Shown here: piece by piece, positions 59,763 through 64,000 of the stretch
Position numbering within the stretch: the stretch's first letter is position 1
Layout of the letters: each line of letters opens with the position of its first letter
From: Aggregatilineales bacterium
Lineage (GTDB): Bacteria > Chloroflexota > Anaerolineae > Aggregatilineales > Phototrophicaceae
Length of the DNA: 64,000 nt
Direction: 5' to 3'
Assembly: GCA_963662925.1 (NCBI GenBank)
Contig: OY759986.1
Span: 2,763,729-2,827,728, forward strand
Position numbers and translations under genes: made by a program
Notes under the pieces: generated by a model
Seen by the model: the letters and a program-made list of their open reading frames with translations, nothing else
What the model was told of the DNA's origin: nothing
The model's database searches: none

Positions 59763-60866
59763 CTAGTTGAGCAGGGCTTCGTAGCGGTTGAGTATGGCGC
59801 GCGCGGTATCGATCCAGCGAAATTTCGCCGCCCGGCGCAAGCATTTGGCAGTCTGCGCCTTGCGCCAGCCACTGTCGGTCAGCGCCAGTCTCAGCGCGTC
59901 AGTTATCGTGGCGCTGTCGTGCGGGTCAATGAGCAGGCCGACATCGCCGACTATCTCGGGCAGTGAGGCGACGCGGCTGACGATCGGCGCCGTGCCGCAA
60001 GCCATGGCCTCCAGCGCCGGCAAGCCAAAGCCCTCGTAGAATGAGGGCATGACCAGCGCCAGGGCGTGATTGTAGAGCGCCGGCAGCTGGGCGTCGCCGA
60101 CCTCATGTTTGATGATCATCGCCGGCCCGAGGCCCACCGCGCGGATTTCGTCCATCAGCGTCTCGAAGTGCCAGCCGGGATTGCCAGCGATGACCAGCTT
60201 CGGCGCGTCGGGCAAGTCCAGCTTGAGATTGCGATAGGCGCGCGCCAAACCCGCCAGGTTCTTGCGCGGCTCGAGCGTGCCGACGGCGAGGATGAACTGC
60301 GGCGGCAGCCCGAGCGCTTTGATGACCGGCGCCGTGGCGTTGCGGGGCAGCGGCTTGAAGCTCTCGTCGACGCCGTGCAGCTGCACCGAGATCATATCCG
60401 GCGGCGCGCCCAGCCGATCGATGAGGTCGCGTTTTGTCGCTTCGCTGACGGCGAGGATGTGGTCGGCGCGCTCAATCGACGCCCGAATCTGACCATTGTA
60501 GTAGCGGCGGCTGTCGGCGGTGAGATACTGCGGAAAGTGAAGGAAACTGAGGTCGTGCACGGTGATGACGTGTCGGCGCGCGCCACGGATCGGGGCGATG
60601 AAGTCGGGGCTGTGCAAGAGGTCCAGGCGGTGTCGCCAGAGCTCCAGCGAGAGCGCGGCCCGCTCCCAGCGGTGGTGCGGCGGCGTCCAGAACTTCGCCA
60701 TGCGGTAGCGCGTGGACAGCCGCGAATTGGACTTGCGGCTCTGTAGGATTGTGAACTGATGCGCGGGCTGCAGTTCTTCGAAAGCGCTGATAATCTCCCT
60801 GATATACCGGCTTGTGCCGCCGACGCGATAGTGGGTCAGGCGCGCGTCAATTCCAATATGTGCCAT
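59763..60866 (-). CDS. Glycosyltransferase family 4 (GT-B)
   Basis: MAHIGIDARL..GGTSRYIREI N-terminus, with the C-terminal motif PSFYEGFGLPALEAMACG. Confidence 0.8.
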   Translation of the reverse strand: MAHIGIDARLTHYRVGGTSRYIREIISAFEELQPAHQFTILQSRKSNSRLSTRYRMAKFWTPPHHRWERAALSLELWRHRLDLLHSPDFIAPIRGARRHVITVHDLSFLHFPQYLTADSRRYYNGQIRASIERADHILAVSEATKRDLIDRLGAPPDMISVQLHGVDESFKPLPRNATAPVIKALGLPPQFILAVGTLEPRKNLAGLARAYRNLKLDLPDAPKLVIAGNPGWHFETLMDEIRAVGLGPAMIIKHEVGDAQLPALYNHALALVMPSFYEGFGLPALEAMACGTAPIVSRVASLPEIVGDVGLLIDPHDSATITDALRLALTDSGWRKAQTAKCLRRAAKFRWIDTARAILNRYEALLN

Positions 60867-60925
60867 TCCGATAGTATAGCGGTATCATCAGGCCTGCGCC
60901 AGATGCGGGCGCGTCCCGTTGGTGG

Positions 60926-61253
60926 CCCGCGCAATGATTTTGTAGGGGCGAGCTATCAGGTCGCCCGCCCAAAGTTTTTGTAGGGTCGAGGCGGTGACTC
61001 GCCCAATGGCAACACTCGCAAGGCAAACAGGGGCTGCCTGCCAGGTCGCCCGCGCAATGATTTTGTAGGGGCGATCTATCAGGTCGCCCGCCCAAAGTTT
61101 TTGTAGGGTCGAGCTATCAGGTCGCCCGCCCAAAGTTTTTGTAGGGTCGAGGCGGTGACTCGCCCAATGGCAACACTCGCAAGGCAAACAGGGGCTGCCT
61201 GCCAGGTCGCCCGCGCAATGATTTTGTAGGGGCGAGCTATCAGGTCGCCCGCC
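60926..61253 (+). repeat. Higher-order tandem array of Family A units and a 75-bp variant unit (pattern A-B-A-A'-B-A)
   Basis: A units start at 60941, 61064, 61102 and 61225 (TGTAGGG[GT]CGA.CTATCAGGTCGCCCGCC). B units are at 60979-61053 and 61140-61214 and are identical by eye. The array fills most of the 410-bp divergent intergenic region. Confidence 0.9.
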
Positions 61254-61276
61254 GACCATCGCGAAGGGTAATCGGC

Positions 61277-62251
61277 ATGACACGATACGACGTCCTGACC
61301 TTCGGCGAGTCCATGCTGCGCCTGACCCCGCCCGGTTTCCTGCGCATCGAACAGACGCGAAGCTTCGACATTTGGGTGGGCGGGACGGAATCGAACACGG
61401 CGGTGGGCTTGGCGCGCCTGGGCATGAAAGCCGCTTGGCTGTCGCGCTTGCCGGCGACGCCGATGGGCCGCTATATCCGCAATCGCGTCGCCCAATACGG
61501 CGTCGACGTCGGCCATGTCGTCTGGGCGGGCGCGGACGAGCGGCTCGGCATCTATTATCACGAAAAGGCGCAGGCCCCGCGCGCCAGCGAAATCATCTAC
61601 GACCGCAAGGACTCGGCGATGAGCCGCATGACGCCGGATGACCTGCCCGCCGATCTGTTCGGAGCGGGCGTCGCGCGCGCGCTGCACCTCACCGGCATCA
61701 CCCTGGCGATAAGCGACGGGGCGCGGGAGACGGCGCACGAGGCGATCCGACGGGCGAAGGCGGCGGGCTGGCCCGTCAGCTTCGACACCAATTATCGCAG
61801 CAAACTGTGGGGTGGGGCGGAGGCGGCCGCCGGCTGCCATCACGCCATGTCGCTGGCGGATGTGATTTTCTGCCCGCTAGGCGATTACGAAGCGCTCTAT
61901 GGCGGCGCGGACGAGCGAGAGGCGATTGCGGCGCTGGCGCGGCGTTATCCGCAGGCGCTCGTCGTGATGACCTTGGGGGCTGGCGGCGCACAGGCTATGA
62001 CGAAAGCGGGCGATCACCTGCGGCAGCCGGCGATCCTGGCGGGCGAGGTCGGGCGCATCGGCGGCGGCGACGCCTTCACGGCCGGCTTCCTCTATGGCTG
62101 GCTAACCTTCGCCGATATTGAACTGGCGCTGAAATGGGGCGTGGCGATGTCGGCGCACAAATACACCATTCCCGGCGATCTGCCGCTCGTGGATCGCGAG
62201 GCGGTCGCGGACCTCGTCGCGGGCGCCCCCGGTGGCGGTTTGATTCGCTGA
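61277..62251 (+). CDS. PfkB-family sugar kinase (2-dehydro-3-deoxygluconokinase-like)
   Basis: MTRYDVLTFGESMLRL, GGTESNTAVGLARLG and the C-terminal GGGDAF anion-hole motif are present. Confidence 0.85.
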   Translation: MTRYDVLTFGESMLRLTPPGFLRIEQTRSFDIWVGGTESNTAVGLARLGMKAAWLSRLPATPMGRYIRNRVAQYGVDVGHVVWAGADERLGIYYHEKAQAPRASEIIYDRKDSAMSRMTPDDLPADLFGAGVARALHLTGITLAISDGARETAHEAIRRAKAAGWPVSFDTNYRSKLWGGAEAAAGCHHAMSLADVIFCPLGDYEALYGGADEREAIAALARRYPQALVVMTLGAGGAQAMTKAGDHLRQPAILAGEVGRIGGGDAFTAGFLYGWLTFADIELALKWGVAMSAHKYTIPGDLPLVDREAVADLVAGAPGGGLIR

Positions 62252-62353
62252 CGCCGTCAAAGTCCGCCGTCTTCCCCAGCCGCATCTGGCGCGGGCAAAA
62301 CGCCTGTCCTATAATCGGCTGAGTTTGCGTTCGCCGCCAATCAGCCCCAGTCG

Positions 62354-64000
62354 ATGACCAAATCCAAAGCCAAAAGACGCCATCCATTCATTCGCTTGCT
62401 CAATTACGCCACCGTCTACAAGAGGCGGGTGGCGTTGGCGACCCTCTATTCCGTCTTGGGCAAGGTCTTTGACATCATGCCGCCGGTGCTCATCGGCATG
62501 GCGGTCGATATCGTCGTCCAGCGGCAGGATTCGCTGCTCGGCCGGCTTGGCGTTCGCGATCTCTCCGCCCAGCTCGTCATCCTCGGCTTCATCACGCTGC
62601 TCGTCTGGACCCTGGAGTCGGTCTTTGGCTATATCCAGCGCATTTATTGGCGCAACCTGGCGCAATCGCTGCAGCACGATCTGCGCGTCGACGCCTACAA
62701 TCACGTCCAGCATCTGGAAATGGCTTACTTCGAAGATCAAAGCACGGGCGGCTTGATGTCGATCTTGAATGACGACATCAATCAGCTGGAGCGCTTCCTT
62801 GATATCGGCGCCAGCGACGTGGTGCAGATCTTGACCACCGTCATCGTCATCGGCGGCATATTCGTCTTCATCGCGCCGAGCGTCGCCTGGATGGCGGCCA
62901 TCCCCATCCCCTTGATCATCTGGGGTTCTTTCAGGTTTCAGGAATTGCTGGCGCCGCGATACAGCGCCGTTCGCGAGCAGGTGAGCATGATCAATCATCA
63001 CCTGTCCAACAGCTTGAGCGGAATCGCCACCATCAAGAGCTTCACGGCCGAAGACTACGAAGCCGAGCGGCTGCGCGTCGAGAGCGACGAATATGTCGAG
63101 CGCAACCGGCGGGCGATTCGCTTGAGCTCGGCTTTCACGCCTTTGATTCGCATGGCGATCGTCTGCGGCTTCATCGCCATCACCGTGGCCGGCGGGCAGC
63201 TGACGCTCAGCGGCGCGCTTGATGTCGGCGCGTACAGCGTGCTGATCTTCATGACGCAGCGCCTGCTCTGGCCCCTGACGAAGCTGGGCGAGACTTTCGA
63301 TCAATATCAGCGCGCCATGGCGTCGACCAATCGGATTCTGGATTTGCTCGGCATCCAATCCAATGTCATCGACGGCAGATTCCGCCTGCCACTGCACGAC
63401 GTCCGCGGGCGGGTGCGCCTGGACGCGGTCGAGTTCGCCTACAGCGACGGGCGCGAGATCATCAAAGGGCTGACGCTGGACGTACCGGCCGGCGACACGA
63501 TCGCCATCGTCGGGGCGACCGGCGCCGGCAAGAGCACCGTCATCAAGCTGCTGCTGCGCTATTATGACGTCACCGCGGGCCGCGTCACCCTGGATGGCTA
63601 CGATCTGCGCGAGCTCAAACAAGAAGACATTCGCAGCGCGATCGGCCTGGTCAGCCAGGATGTTTTCCTGTTTCATGGCACGGTGCGCGAGAACATCGCC
63701 TACGGCCGCAACGGCGCCGTGCCCGACGAGCAAATCCGAGCGGCGGCGATGATCGCGGAAGCGCATGACTTCATCAGCGAGCTGCCGCAAGGCTACGACA
63801 CCATCGTCGGCGAACGCGGGCAGAAGCTCTCTGGCGGGCAGCGGCAGCGCCTGTCGATAGCGCGCGCCGTGCTCAAGGATCCGCCCATTCTGATTCTGGA
63901 CGAGGCGACGTCCTCAGTCGACAACGAGACCGAAGCGGCGATTCAGCGCTCGCTGGAGCGCATCGTGGTCGGGCGGACGACTATCGTCATCGCCCACCGC
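62354..64000 (+). CDS. ABC transporter, fused permease/ATP-binding subunit (C-terminal end runs off the right edge)
   Basis: Not in the ORF track because no stop lies inside the window. It reads [18 protein letters not shown]... through a TM domain to Walker [10 protein letters not shown], signature [14 protein letters not shown] and Walker [10 protein letters not shown]. Confidence 0.9.
   Translation, partial: MTKSKAKRRHPFIRLLNYATVYKRRVALATLYSVLGKVFDIMPPVLIGMAVDIVVQRQDSLLGRLGVRDLSAQLVILGFITLLVWTLESVFGYIQRIYWRNLAQSLQHDLRVDAYNHVQHLEMAYFEDQSTGGLMSILNDDINQLERFLDIGASDVVQILTTVIVIGGIFVFIAPSVAWMAAIPIPLIIWGSFRFQELLAPRYSAVREQVSMINHHLSNSLSGIATIKSFTAEDYEAERLRVESDEYVERNRRAIRLSSAFTPLIRMAIVCGFIAITVAGGQLTLSGALDVGAYSVLIFMTQRLLWPLTKLGETFDQYQRAMASTNRILDLLGIQSNVIDGRFRLPLHDVRGRVRLDAVEFAYSDGREIIKGLTLDVPAGDTIAIVGATGAGKSTVIKLLLRYYDVTAGRVTLDGYDLRELKQEDIRSAIGLVSQDVFLFHGTVRENIAYGRNGAVPDEQIRAAAMIAEAHDFISELPQGYDTIVGERGQKLSGGQRQRLSIARAVLKDPPILILDEATSSVDNETEAAIQRSLERIVVGRTTIVIAHR

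Noticed and set aside
60847-61843. ORFs 60847-61095, 60888-61283 and the N-terminal part of 61079-61843 (GRPDSSPLQNHCAGDLAGSP... peptides).
   Set aside because: They are translations of the REP-like repeat array and of the antisense strand of the PfkB kinase gene. The repeated peptide strings simply mirror the DNA repeats.

Overview
This is a high-GC bacterial chromosomal segment that is almost entirely housekeeping. I support about 60 protein-coding genes and 3 tRNAs. I see no rRNA, CRISPR, cas genes, prophage, toxin-antitoxin pair, recognisable defence system or secondary-metabolite cluster.

The centrepiece is a same-strand aromatic amino-acid supraoperon (30.4-46.1 kb). Its order is trpE-trpG-trpD-trpC-trpF-Nudix-trpB-trpA, then aroH-tyrA-aroA-aroE-aroC-aroK/aroB fusion-aroQ. 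A sigma70-type promoter and a T-box leader with a UGG (Trp) specifier head it. A second promoter, a short leader and an intrinsic terminator interrupt it just before aroH.

Other content:
- ABC exporter genes at both window edges
- uvrB, and a polX-SH3-ligA repair cluster
- aspS, lysA, aspartate kinase, glnA and purA
- an aquaporin, an LCP protein and a lipoate ligase
- a divergent tyrosine-recombinase-like gene
- a PSP1/RicT-like protein and an RqcH/NFACT protein
- a GT9/GT4/GT4 glycosyltransferase cluster and a PfkB kinase

The signal that genes do not explain is a very dense load of intergenic repeats, in three families:
- Family A is REP-like: GTAG plus a palindrome (TGTAGGGGCGA-N-TCGCCCGCC). 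There are about 30 copies, occurring as singles, inverted doublets and three tandem arrays, many of them inside operon spacers.
- Family B is a composite element of about 105 bp ending in CCCCTTCCC...GGGGCAAGGGGCCGGGGGATGGGGT.
- Family C is a MITE-like element of 129-139 bp with 13-bp terminal inverted repeats.

There is also an AT-richer 500-bp gap holding a promoter-plus-terminator pair with no gene, which is a candidate orphan sRNA. The initiator tRNA has an unusual U1:U72 mismatch.

The gene content (T-box, LCP, RqcH, PSP1, PolX) suggests a Terrabacteria/Chloroflexota-like organism, but that is inference only.

I did not find a convincing novel multi-gene protein system. The most novel candidates here are RNA-level or repeat-level features, and all of them need computational or experimental confirmation.
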